DNA of 59,794 bases, the filler included. It is 5 parts of 5 records of this genome, joined end to end, with 100 filler letters (N's around TTAATTAATTAA, not from the genome) between each part and the next. Parts side by side here need not be neighbours in the genome. Positions count along the whole stretch, not along the records: positions 1 to 25,221 come from SRR31147125_5432; 4 more parts are not named here. One strand, 5' to 3'. A model generated the notes under the pieces. The model saw nothing but the letters and a program-made list of their open reading frames with translations, had not been told where the DNA came from and did no database searches. The position numbers were made by a program, and so were the translations under genes. Below are positions 9,928 through 19,446 of the stretch, one piece after another (the first letter of the stretch is position 1; each line of letters starts with the position of its first letter).

Positions 9928-11180
9928 AAATAGGTGTTGTTGGAATAAGCTATAGGAATGCTTCTTTGGATATTAGGCAAAGGATTAGTTTTACGAAATC
10001 TAGAAGTGCCAAGTTTTGTGATGCTCTAAAAGAGCTTGGAGCTAGCGAAGCTATGGTTTTGAATACTTGTAACAGAACAGAGGTTTATTATGCTTATGAT
10101 GGTGAATGCGATATTGAAGCGATAATTGAAAAATATATCGCCGAGACATTTGGAAAAGACATATGCGATTACCTTTATTATAAAAGAGAAACTCACGCTA
10201 TTGCGCATATTTATATTGTAGCTTGCGGGCTTGATTCTATGGTTATTGGTGAAGATCAAATTTTGGGACAAGTTAAAGATGCTTTGGATGAAGCCAACGA
10301 AAATAAATCTTGCGGTAAGATATTAAATAAAGTAGTTTTGGGAGCAATCACTTTTGCTAAAAGTACAAAGGCAAAATACAAGATAAGCGAAAATCCACTG
10401 AGTCTTGCCTCTATTGCTATTAAGTTTTTGAGCCCTAAAATAAATGGGTTTGACAACAAAGACATTATGCTGATTGGCATGGGTAGTTTTGGTAAGCTGA
10501 TACTTAATTATATATATGATAAGTCCAATATTTATATAGCGACAAGAAGACACGATAAAGAGGACGCAGTATCAGAAATAAAAAGTGAGTATCCTAAAAT
10601 AAATATTGTACCATTTGATAAACGGTATGAGCATATAGTTGATATGGATGTTGTGTTTGGGGTAACTGCTTCTCCGCATATAGTTGTTGCTGCTGATAAA
10701 ATATCCAAACCTAATAAAAGCCAAGTTTTTATGGATGCTGCTGTTCCAAGAGATATTGATGTTGGGGTTAGAAGATTTGATGATGTTACGCTTTATGACG
10801 TTGATGACTTAAAAGCAATATCGGAAAAAAACATCATATATAGAAAAGAAGTTTCGGCATTGATTTCTGATGAAATCAGATGTGAAGCTGAAAAGATGGA
10901 AGATTGGATTGTTAAAACGTATTTTGATGAGACCATTAAAAGTCTCAATGTTTTTGGCGAGTCTGTGTATGAATCTGCTATGCATATGGTAGATAAAAAC
11001 ACGAAAATTTGCGGTAAAGATTATGAGAATATAGACAAGATAATAAAATCTAGCATAAAAAAAATAATAGGTATTCCAATAAAAAATATGAAGAGTGTTT
11101 CTGATTATAGTAGAGTTTTAGAAGTGGACGATAATATGAAATTTTTGTTTGGGCTTTGTGAAGAAGAGGGAGAAAAATGA
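9924..11180 (+). CDS. hemA: Glutamyl-tRNA reductase
   Basis: TCNRTE catalytic motif, GLDSMVIGEDQILGQVK, DAAVPRDID. Confidence 0.93.
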   Translation: MKIGVVGISYRNASLDIRQRISFTKSRSAKFCDALKELGASEAMVLNTCNRTEVYYAYDGECDIEAIIEKYIAETFGKDICDYLYYKRETHAIAHIYIVACGLDSMVIGEDQILGQVKDALDEANENKSCGKILNKVVLGAITFAKSTKAKYKISENPLSLASIAIKFLSPKINGFDNKDIMLIGMGSFGKLILNYIYDKSNIYIATRRHDKEDAVSEIKSEYPKINIVPFDKRYEHIVDMDVVFGVTASPHIVVAADKISKPNKSQVFMDAAVPRDIDVGVRRFDDVTLYDVDDLKAISEKNIIYRKEVSALISDEIRCEAEKMEDWIVKTYFDETIKSLNVFGESVYESAMHMVDKNTKICGKDYENIDKIIKSSIKKIIGIPIKNMKSVSDYSRVLEVDDNMKFLFGLCEEEGEK

Positions 11181-11746
11181 TTATATCATTAAACACAGAA
11201 GGGAAAAAGGCATTAATTATTGGTGGGGGAAAATCTGCCTTGATTAAAGCAAAAAAACTTTATAAAAAAGGGTGCAGGATTACAGTTGTTGCTGATTATG
11301 TTTGCGATGAAGTTAAGGGATTTTGTGACGAAATAATTGAACGGAAATATATAGATGGCGATGAGAATGGATATTTTATTGTAGTTTGTGCGACTGATAA
11401 TGAAGAATTAAACACACAAATTGCCGAAAAGTGTGACAAACAAAAGACGCTTTATTTAAATGTATCTGGGGAATCTAACTTTAGCATGGTTATGTCTAAG
11501 AAAATAGAGGATATAGAGGTTTGTGTTTCTAGTGGTGGTAAGAATGCCGGTTTTTCTAAGTATTTGTGTGAAAAGATTGTAGAAGAATTGAATGATGATA
11601 TTATAAAAAAATTTGAGATGCATACTGCTTTGCGTGAAAAAGTTATTAAGCAGGATATGGACAGAAGTATATTAAAAAGGGCACTTACAATGTCTGCTGA
11701 TGAGATATACGAAAAGTTTTTGAAAGAAGATAAAGCTTTTAGATAA
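11177..11746 (+). CDS. sirC: Precorrin-2 dehydrogenase (CysG N-terminal / SirC / Met8 type)
   Basis: IIGGGKSA Rossmann motif, ATDNEELN, VSSGGKN. Confidence 0.8.
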   Translation: MIISLNTEGKKALIIGGGKSALIKAKKLYKKGCRITVVADYVCDEVKGFCDEIIERKYIDGDENGYFIVVCATDNEELNTQIAEKCDKQKTLYLNVSGESNFSMVMSKKIEDIEVCVSSGGKNAGFSKYLCEKIVEELNDDIIKKFEMHTALREKVIKQDMDRSILKRALTMSADEIYEKFLKEDKAFR

Positions 11747-11784
11747 GTAAAGATATACTTGCTTTTAGAAAGGAACGGTTTTGG

Positions 11785-12681
11785 ATGAAAGTTGTTATAG
11801 GGACTAGAGGCAGCAGGCTTGCGCTTATTCAAACCAATTGGGTTGCGGATAGACTAAAAGAGATATATAGTGATCTGCAAGTTGAGGTTAAGGTTATTAG
11901 CACAAAGGGTGATAGGGTTTTGGACGTTGCTCTTGATAAAATTGGTGATAAGGGTCTTTTTACTAAAGAAATTGAGGATGCTATTTTGGCAAGAGAGGTT
12001 GATTTTTCTGTTAACAGCATGAAAGATATGCCTTCTGTTTTGCCAGGTGGACTTTGTATTACTGCCTGTAAGTCTTTTCAGGATGCAAGGGATGCTCTTG
12101 TAACAAGACATAGTATAGATGATTTTGAGGATTTGCCTAAAAATTCTGTTATTGCAACTGGTAGTAAAAGAAGACTGATGCAGATTAAAGCCATTAGACC
12201 TGATGTTGATATTTGTGGGATTCGTGGCAATGTTGAAACTAGGATAAACAGGATGATAGAAAACGATTATGATGGTGTTATTTTAGCCATGGCTGGGCTG
12301 AATAGACTTGGAATAAATAGAAAAGGTATAAACATTGTGCCGCTTTCTTTTGAGCAAATGGTGCCAGCGCCATGTCAAGGGATTTTGGCTTTAGAGATGA
12401 GGCAAGGAGATGGGCGAGTAATAGATTTGCTTAAGCCATTGCAGGATGATATTACTAATTTGCGAAGTGAAGTTGAAAGAGATTTTTTGAAAGAGATTGA
12501 TGGTGGATGTCATTCTCCTACTGGATGTTACGCTGATGTATTAGATTCCGAAATTATTGTGACAGGGCTTTTTGGAAACTCCGATAGGGTTGTTAGAAAA
12601 ACAAAGAAATGTAAAATAAGCGAAAGAAATGGACTTGCAAAATTGATTGCTAGTGAAATTGTAGAGGAGCTAGGTTTATAA
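11785..12681 (+). CDS. hemC: Hydroxymethylbilane synthase
   Basis: GTRGSRLALIQ, KGLFTKEIE, SMKDMP, RGNVETR and GGCHSP motifs. Confidence 0.96.
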   Translation: MKVVIGTRGSRLALIQTNWVADRLKEIYSDLQVEVKVISTKGDRVLDVALDKIGDKGLFTKEIEDAILAREVDFSVNSMKDMPSVLPGGLCITACKSFQDARDALVTRHSIDDFEDLPKNSVIATGSKRRLMQIKAIRPDVDICGIRGNVETRINRMIENDYDGVILAMAGLNRLGINRKGINIVPLSFEQMVPAPCQGILALEMRQGDGRVIDLLKPLQDDITNLRSEVERDFLKEIDGGCHSPTGCYADVLDSEIIVTGLFGNSDRVVRKTKKCKISERNGLAKLIASEIVEELGL

Positions 12682-12682
12682 T

Positions 12683-14185
12683 ATGGGTAAGGTATATTTA
12701 GTTGGAGCTGGTTGTGGAGATGTTAAGCTTTTGACGCTTAAAGGTAAAGAGGCAATTGAGCGAGCTGATGTTATTATTTATGATTATTTGGCTAATGAGA
12801 AATTGCTTGATTTTAATAAAAATAATGCTGAGCTTATTTATGTTGGAAAAATGGCGAATAACCATGCTATGAAACAAGAGGATATAAATAAATTATTGGT
12901 TAAAAAAGCTAAGGAATGTGATATTGTAGTTAGGCTAAAAGGTGGCGATCCTTATGTTTTTGGAAGGGGCGGAGAAGAAGGACAGGAGCTTTTTGATTCT
13001 GAAATAGATTTTGAAGTTGTTCCTGGTATTAGCTCTACAATTGGGGGAGTAGCTTATGCTGGTATACCGATAACGCATAGAGGCATTGCTACTAGTTTTC
13101 ATATTATTACTGGACACAGAAAAGAGGGCAGCGAGGGCTTGGATTTTTCAGTATATGCTAAGCTTTCTGGTACGCTTGTGTTTGTTATGGGGATTGAGAA
13201 TCTTGATATGATTGTAACGGGATTGCGCGAAAACGGTATGGATAAGGATATGCCTGTTGCTATTGTCGAAAATGCAAGCAAACCTTTTCAAAGAACAATT
13301 GTTGGTAGGCTTTGTGATATTGTAAGTAAGGCTAAAAATATGAACGTTAAACCGCCAGGACTTATTGTTGTGGGTAAAGTTATTGATAAAAGGGATGCGT
13401 TGAATTTTTTTGAACAAAAGCCTCTGTTTGGTAAAAAGGTTTTGATAACAAGAGCAAGAGCGCAGTCGTCTGATTTGGTTAGTAAGCTTTCTGAGCTTGG
13501 AGCGCAGGCTATTGAGGTCCCTTTGATTAAGACTGTTAAGATAAATGATGAATTGCTTGAAAAAGAGATTAATAATATTGGAAGCTTTAATTATGTAATA
13601 TTTACTAGTGTTAACGCTGTTAAAATTGTATTTGAAAAGATGAATTCGTTAAATATTGATTCTAGGTGGTTTTCGGGTATAAAAGTTGTTGCGATTGGTA
13701 GTGCTACAACAAAAGAATTAAAAAAACATGGAATAATTTCAGATATTGTGCCAGAAAAGTTTTGTGGTAAAAGTGTATTTGAGACTATTAAACCTATTCT
13801 TTGCAAGGTTGATAATGTGCTGATACCTTGCTCGAAAATTGCTAAGCCGTATCTTGAAAAAGAGATTGGTAACATTTGCAGTGTTAAAAGGCTAGAAATA
13901 TATGATTCTGTTTTTGATGATATGGATTATAGTGATGTAATTAACAGCATTGAGAAAAGTAGTGTTGATTATATTACATTTACATCTAGCTCTACTGTTA
14001 AAAACTTTGTGAGGGTATTGGTTGACAACAGTATTAGCCATCCGAAAGATATTAAAATTATATCTATTGGACCTATGACGAGTGAGACTGTTCGTGAACT
14101 TGGACTTACTGTTTATAAAGAGGCAAAGATGCATACTATTGATGGTCTGGTAAAGGAGATTTTGGATGATAAGTTTGAAGAATAG
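12683..14185 (+). CDS. cobA: Fused uroporphyrinogen-III C-methyltransferase / uroporphyrinogen-III synthase (CobA-HemD)
   Basis: RLKGGDPYVFGRGGEE and GIPITHR, then PLFGKKVLITR, FTSVNAV and FTSSSTV (HemD domain). Confidence 0.93.
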   Translation: MGKVYLVGAGCGDVKLLTLKGKEAIERADVIIYDYLANEKLLDFNKNNAELIYVGKMANNHAMKQEDINKLLVKKAKECDIVVRLKGGDPYVFGRGGEEGQELFDSEIDFEVVPGISSTIGGVAYAGIPITHRGIATSFHIITGHRKEGSEGLDFSVYAKLSGTLVFVMGIENLDMIVTGLRENGMDKDMPVAIVENASKPFQRTIVGRLCDIVSKAKNMNVKPPGLIVVGKVIDKRDALNFFEQKPLFGKKVLITRARAQSSDLVSKLSELGAQAIEVPLIKTVKINDELLEKEINNIGSFNYVIFTSVNAVKIVFEKMNSLNIDSRWFSGIKVVAIGSATTKELKKHGIISDIVPEKFCGKSVFETIKPILCKVDNVLIPCSKIAKPYLEKEIGNICSVKRLEIYDSVFDDMDYSDVINSIEKSSVDYITFTSSSTVKNFVRVLVDNSISHPKDIKIISIGPMTSETVRELGLTVYKEAKMHTIDGLVKEILDDKFEE

Positions 14186-15149
14186 CCCTATGAGGCTTAG
14201 AAGAAAGGCATATATACGGGATTTAGTGCGAGAAAACGAAATTACTATGAATGATATCATGTATCCTATATTTTTGGCTGAAGGAGAAAATATTCGATGC
14301 GAGATTTCATCTATGAAAGACCAGTTTCATGTATCTGTTGATAAGTTGGAAAAGGAAATTGAGCTTTTGAAGCAAAAGGGTATAAAAGCTCTTCTTGTTT
14401 TTGGTGAGCCAAAAAACAAAGATGAACTTGGAGCATGTGCTTTTTCTGATGATGGGATTATACAAAAGGGAATAAGAAAGATAAAAAGCGTAGCGCCTGA
14501 AATGTTTGTAGCTTCTGATGCGTGTCTTTGTCCTTTTAAAACCGATGGACATTGCGGGTATTTTGATGAAGACGGTGAGATTGAGCTTAAAAAGACTCTG
14601 GATGCACTTTGTGAGATTGCTATTAGTCATGCTAAAGCTGGAAGCGATATGATAGCACCTTCTGATATGATGGACAGTAGAATAGGTGCTATTAGAGGGG
14701 CTTTGGATGATACGGGTTTTTCTCATATTGGTATTATGTCTTATAGTGCTAAGTTTGCTTCTAACTATTATGGACCTTTTAGAGATGCTGTGGATTCTGC
14801 ACCTAGGTTTGGAGATAGAAAAGCTTACCAGATGGATTTTTGTAATAAACGTGAGGCTATGAAAGAGATGGAGCTTGATGTTTTGCAGGGCGCCGATATT
14901 GTAATGGTAAAACCTGCTGGGGCTTATCTTGATATTATTGATAATGCAAAGCAAAGATTTGATTTGCCTATTGCTGCTTATCAAGTTAGTGGTGAATATG
15001 CTATGCTTTATAACGGCGTTAAGCAAGGCGTTGTTGGTAAAGCGGCAATTTATGAAAGTCTTATGGCGATAAAGAGAAGTGGGGCAGATATTATTATCAC
15101 ATATTTTGCAAAAGAGATAGAGGAACTGATTGGAGAGATTAATGGATAG
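14166..15149 (+). CDS. hemB: Porphobilinogen synthase
   Basis: DACLCP...GHCG zinc site, APSDMMD, SYSAKFAS, MVKP and AYQVSGEY motifs. Confidence 0.96.
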   Translation: MISLKNSPMRLRRKAYIRDLVRENEITMNDIMYPIFLAEGENIRCEISSMKDQFHVSVDKLEKEIELLKQKGIKALLVFGEPKNKDELGACAFSDDGIIQKGIRKIKSVAPEMFVASDACLCPFKTDGHCGYFDEDGEIELKKTLDALCEIAISHAKAGSDMIAPSDMMDSRIGAIRGALDDTGFSHIGIMSYSAKFASNYYGPFRDAVDSAPRFGDRKAYQMDFCNKREAMKEMELDVLQGADIVMVKPAGAYLDIIDNAKQRFDLPIAAYQVSGEYAMLYNGVKQGVVGKAAIYESLMAIKRSGADIIITYFAKEIEELIGEING

Positions 15150-16431
15150 ACAAAAATCGCAAGCGATATTTAATGAAGCAAAGCAATATATTCCTGGTGG
15201 TGTTAATAGTCCTGTAAGAGCATTTGGTTCGGTTGGACTATCACCTGTTTTTATAGATTCGGCTAAGGGCAGCAAAATATACGATGTAGATGGTAACGAA
15301 TATATAGATTATATTGGCTCTTGGGGACCTATGATATTGGGGCATTCTTCTGATATTGCTTTAAAAGGTATTGATGATGTTATGAAAAAAAGCACCAGTT
15401 TTGGCTTTGCTAGTGAAATTGAGGTTAAGATGGCAAAGCTTATTTGTGAGGCTCATCCATCTATTGATAGAGTGCGTATGGTGAGTTCTGGTACTGAGGC
15501 TACTATGAGTGCGCTTCGTGTTGCTAGAGGATATACTGGAAGAGATAAGATATTAAAGTTTGAGGGCTGTTATCATGGTCATAGTGATAGTTTGCTTGTG
15601 AAGTCTGGTTCAGGAACGCTTACTTTTGGTGTTCCAACTAGCCCTGGTGTTCCAAGTGATGTAGTGAAAAATACTATTGTTGGCGATTATAATGATGTAA
15701 ATAGTTTAAAAGAAGTTTTTGAAGCCAATAAGAATGAGATTGCAGCTGTTATTTTGGAACCTGTTGCTGGGAATATGGGGGTTGTTGCTCCTACAAAAGA
15801 GTTTTTAAAAGCTTTAAGAGATTTGACCGAGAAGAGTGAAACGGTTTTAATATTTGACGAGGTTATAACTGGTTTTAGACTAGCATATGGTGGCGCTGAA
15901 AAGTATTTTGGTATAACGCCTGATATGGTTTGTCTTGGAAAGATCATTGGTGGAGGCTTGCCTGTTGGTGCTTATGGTGGGAAAGCCGAGATTATGGACT
16001 TTGTTTCACCTGTTGGTGGCGTTTATCAAGCAGGTACGTTATCTGGGAACCCTGTTGCTATGAATATGGGGTATAATGTGCTCTGCTATTTAAGGGATAA
16101 TGCTGATGTTTATACGAGAATTGAAGATATGGCAAAGAAAATGGAAGCTGGTTTTAACGAAAACATCAAAAAAACTGGTGCTAAAGCCAAAGTTGTAAGG
16201 GTAGGCGGAATGCTCTGTTTGTTTTTTACTGATTGTGAGATAGTGAGTTTTTCTGATGTTATGACTTGTGATACTGATAATTACGCTAAATATTTTAAAA
16301 GCATGTTAGATGCCGGAGTGCTTTTAGCGCCTGCACAATTTGAGGGTATATTTATATCGGCGGCACATAGTATGGATGATATTGAAAAGACAATTGAAGC
16401 AAATTATAAAGCATTAAAGGAGATAGTATAA
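15142..16431 (+). CDS. hemL: Glutamate-1-semialdehyde 2,1-aminomutase
   Basis: PGGVNSPVRAF, SGTEATMSA, FDEVITGFR, GKIIGGGLPVGA and QAGTLSGNP motifs. Confidence 0.97.
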   Translation: MDRQKSQAIFNEAKQYIPGGVNSPVRAFGSVGLSPVFIDSAKGSKIYDVDGNEYIDYIGSWGPMILGHSSDIALKGIDDVMKKSTSFGFASEIEVKMAKLICEAHPSIDRVRMVSSGTEATMSALRVARGYTGRDKILKFEGCYHGHSDSLLVKSGSGTLTFGVPTSPGVPSDVVKNTIVGDYNDVNSLKEVFEANKNEIAAVILEPVAGNMGVVAPTKEFLKALRDLTEKSETVLIFDEVITGFRLAYGGAEKYFGITPDMVCLGKIIGGGLPVGAYGGKAEIMDFVSPVGGVYQAGTLSGNPVAMNMGYNVLCYLRDNADVYTRIEDMAKKMEAGFNENIKKTGAKAKVVRVGGMLCLFFTDCEIVSFSDVMTCDTDNYAKYFKSMLDAGVLLAPAQFEGIFISAAHSMDDIEKTIEANYKALKEIV

Positions 16432-17120
16432 TGGCGAAATTTTATGGGATTGGTGTTGGTCCTGGTGATGAAAAACTATTAACGCTTAAGGCGGTTGAGG
16501 TTTTAGAAAAAATTGATGTTTTGCTTATTCCTGAAACAAAATCTGGTAAAAAGGGTGTTGCTCATACTATTGCTGATAAATACCTTAGAGAAGATTTAAT
16601 AATAGAGTATATTTCTTTTCCTATGGTTACCGACGAGGCTGTTTTTGACGAGGCTGGAAAAAAAGCTTGTGAGATAATAGAGAAATATATAATACAAGAA
16701 AAAAATGTAGGGTTCATAACTCTTGGTGACCCAAGTGTTTACAGCACTTATGGATACATAGCAAAACAGGCCAAGGGTAAAGTTGATGTTGAAACTATTC
16801 CTGGTATAACTTCTTTTTGCGCGGCTGCGGCTATGGATAACAGACCATTGGTGCAAAAGGATGAGGTTTTGTGTATTGTGCCCATGAATGCTAGTGACGA
16901 CAAAATTGATAAAGTTTTAAAAGTGGCTGATGCTTTTATGTTTATGAAAGTATATAAAAGAGAGAAAAGATTGTTTGATCTTTTAAAGAAAAACAAACTT
17001 ATAAAAAACGCTATGATGGCTTTAAGGTGCGGATTTAAAGATGCTAGTGTAGCTAAGGATTTTGAAAAACAGCTTTTAGATAATAAGGAATATTTATCGG
17101 TTGTTCATACTAGAAAATAG
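16431..17120 (+). CDS. cbiL: Cobalt-factor II / precorrin-2 C20-methyltransferase
   Basis: YGIGVGPGDEKLLTLKA, FPM, LGDPSVYST, PGITS and FMK motifs. Confidence 0.92.
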   Translation: MAKFYGIGVGPGDEKLLTLKAVEVLEKIDVLLIPETKSGKKGVAHTIADKYLREDLIIEYISFPMVTDEAVFDEAGKKACEIIEKYIIQEKNVGFITLGDPSVYSTYGYIAKQAKGKVDVETIPGITSFCAAAAMDNRPLVQKDEVLCIVPMNASDDKIDKVLKVADAFMFMKVYKREKRLFDLLKKNKLIKNAMMALRCGFKDASVAKDFEKQLLDNKEYLSVVHTRK

Positions 17121-17258
17121 AACTGCTATAGTTTATGCACTAGGTTGTTCATCCACTTTTTAGACGCAATGCGGTTTTTTAGCAAGAATAGTTTGAAAAC
17201 TTCTTGGCTTAAAATTGCGGTTAATACCCATTCGGCAGAGAATTTTATATACTATTGT

Positions 17259-17798
17259 TTAAAACAAAAATATGGCAACATACGAGACTGTGTTTTTTCC
17301 GTTAATATAGGGTATATCACATGTTTTACAAAGTTCTACAACATTTATGCAATAGGCTTCTATAGATGGTTTTGCTTTGTTTGGTAAACGGCAAGGTTTG
17401 TCTGGATATGTGCAATTTTCGCATAAGCTGCACGAGCCTGCTTTTAGCGAATAGTGTTTGTTTTTGCAAGTATTATCAATATATTCGTCAAGTTCGTAAA
17501 ATAAAGACTCGAAATTATCACCAGCACTAAGCATACCCTCGATGTCGAATGAATCTTCTATGGAATAGATTTTTTGAATAACAACGACATCATCATATGC
17601 TAATATTTTTTGTTTTAAATCTTCATATTCTCCGCACGCTGGAGGGCAATGCCAATTTGTATTGTACTTTCCACAGGTGTTTGCGCTACAATATTCTCTT
17701 AAAACAGGATCAAAGGTTAAATTAGATGTTTTGGTGGCTGCAATATTGTCATACTCCATTAGTCTTGCTTTTTCACATACTTTTGAAATTATATCCAT
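17259..17798 (-). CDS. Cys-rich predicted metal-binding protein (DUF2284-like)
   Basis: CxxNxCGKY...CPP and GSCSLCENCTYPDKPCRLP...PSIEAYCINV pattern. Confidence 0.75.
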   Translation of the reverse strand: MDIISKVCEKARLMEYDNIAATKTSNLTFDPVLREYCSANTCGKYNTNWHCPPACGEYEDLKQKILAYDDVVVIQKIYSIEDSFDIEGMLSAGDNFESLFYELDEYIDNTCKNKHYSLKAGSCSLCENCTYPDKPCRLPNKAKPSIEAYCINVVELCKTCDIPYINGKNTVSYVAIFLF

Positions 17799-17897
17799 AG
17801 CTATCTCCGTTTGTAGTCTGTATTGCTTTTCTGATTTTATGTAATACTATCATAATGAATTTAATAATTAAAGCAAATGAGCATGAACACGCTGAAA

Positions 17898-17962
17898 AAA
17901 GCATATATGTGCAGTTTTTTGCTATTTAGAACATTTTAATTAGGTTAATGTTTAGATACAAT
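17898..17962 (+). promoter_or_regulatory. Putative AraC-type tandem operator and -10 element of the methyltransferase gene
   Basis: GCATATATGTGCA and GCTATTTAGAACA half-sites 20 bp apart, TACAAT at 17957; similar arrangement at 21772. Confidence 0.55.
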
Positions 17963-18006
17963 ATTTATAAAATTAGAGATAATACAATTTATTGGAGGCG
18001 AAAAAA

Positions 18007-19371
18007 ATGACGGGTAAAGAAAGAATTTTCAATATACTTAATAAGCAAGAAACGGATAGAATTCCATGGATTCCTTTTGCTGGTATTCATGCAGGTAAGC
18101 TTACTGGTGCAAAGCCTAAGGATATACTAACGGATTCGGATACATTGATTAAGGCCTTAGATGAGGTTAAAAAAGTTTATAATGCGGATGCTATTCCTGT
18201 TCACTTTGACTTACAGATTGAAGCTGAAATTTTGGGATGTGAATTGGTTTGGTCAGAAAACTCACCACCGAGTGTTAAAACACATCCTCTTGATGGAATG
18301 GATCCTGTAGAATATGAAAAGGTAATGCCTAAAAAGAGTGATGGAAGGTTGCAGGTATTTTTAGATGCTATGGAGCAAACTAAGAAAAACCATGGAGATG
18401 ATACTGCTTTAATCGGGCTTATATGCGGACCTTTTACGTTAGCTTCTCACTTAAGAGGGCAAAATATTTTTATGGACATGATATTGAATGCTGATTATGT
18501 TCATGGTCTAATTGAATATTGCGCGGAAGTTGCGAAAGTAGTTTCTGACATGTATATTGAAGCTGGTATGGATATTATTGCTGCGGTCGACCCATTGGTA
18601 TCTCAGATTTCACCAGATCATTTTGAGGAATTTATTACAAAACCATTCTCGGATTTATTTGATCATATTCATAAGCAAGACAAGTTTGCTTCTTTCTTTG
18701 TTTGTGGTAATGCAACTAATAATATAGAAAAAATGTGTCAAACTAAGCCTGATATGGTTGCTGTTGATGAAAACGTAGATATGAAGTCTGCTAAAGAGAT
18801 TACTGATAAATATGATATTGTGCTTTCTGGTAATATTCCGCTAGCTACATTGATGCTAAATGGAACACAACAAGAAAATATGATTTATGTACTTGATATG
18901 ATGGACAACCTTACGCACAATAATTTAGTTATTTCTCCTGGGTGTGATATGCCGTATGATGTTCCGCCAGAAAATACAGCGGCAGTTCAACAGGCTATTG
19001 CAGACCCTGAAAAAGCTAGAGAAATTGTTAAAAACTACACTGCTAAGAGCTATGAAGGTATTGATGCGGAGCTACCAGATTATGATAGTTTAGAAAAACC
19101 GTTTATCGAAGTTTATACGTTAGATTCTGAAAGCTGTGCTGCTTGTACTTATATGCTTGGTGCTGCTATGGATGCTAAAGAAAAGTATGGCGATAAAATT
19201 GATGTTGTTGAATATAAGATGCTAGATGAGAAGACGGTCCCTATGATGATGAAAATGGGTGTTAAGAATCTTCCTACTATGGTTATTGACGGAAAAATAG
19301 AATATATTTCAATTATTCCGCCAAAAAGTGAGCTTTATGCAAAAATTGATGAATCATTGAAGGGATTCTAA
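18007..19371 (+). CDS. URO-D/MtaA-CmuA family methyltransferase with a C-terminal thioredoxin-like domain
   Basis: EAEILGC, GPFTLA, VCG and SPGCD motifs, then SCAAC and NLPTMVIDG (thioredoxin fold); GGAGG before ATG 18007. Confidence 0.85.
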   Translation: MTGKERIFNILNKQETDRIPWIPFAGIHAGKLTGAKPKDILTDSDTLIKALDEVKKVYNADAIPVHFDLQIEAEILGCELVWSENSPPSVKTHPLDGMDPVEYEKVMPKKSDGRLQVFLDAMEQTKKNHGDDTALIGLICGPFTLASHLRGQNIFMDMILNADYVHGLIEYCAEVAKVVSDMYIEAGMDIIAAVDPLVSQISPDHFEEFITKPFSDLFDHIHKQDKFASFFVCGNATNNIEKMCQTKPDMVAVDENVDMKSAKEITDKYDIVLSGNIPLATLMLNGTQQENMIYVLDMMDNLTHNNLVISPGCDMPYDVPPENTAAVQQAIADPEKAREIVKNYTAKSYEGIDAELPDYDSLEKPFIEVYTLDSESCAACTYMLGAAMDAKEKYGDKIDVVEYKMLDEKTVPMMMKMGVKNLPTMVIDGKIEYISIIPPKSELYAKIDESLKGF

Positions 19372-19393
19372 TATATAATATTTAAATGTATTT

Positions 19394-19429
19394 TAGCATC
19401 CACTACACTGTATTTGTGGATGCTATTTT
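19394..19429 (+). terminator. Hairpin / probable intrinsic terminator between the methyltransferase and cobW
   Basis: TAGCATCCAC...GTGGATGCTA followed by TTTT. Confidence 0.5.
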
Positions 19430-19446
19430 AAAAGGAGCAAAAACTT

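Noticed and set aside
14307-15275. 322-aa antisense ORF over hemB/hemL
   Set aside because: Shadow of well-conserved sense genes; no recognisable motifs
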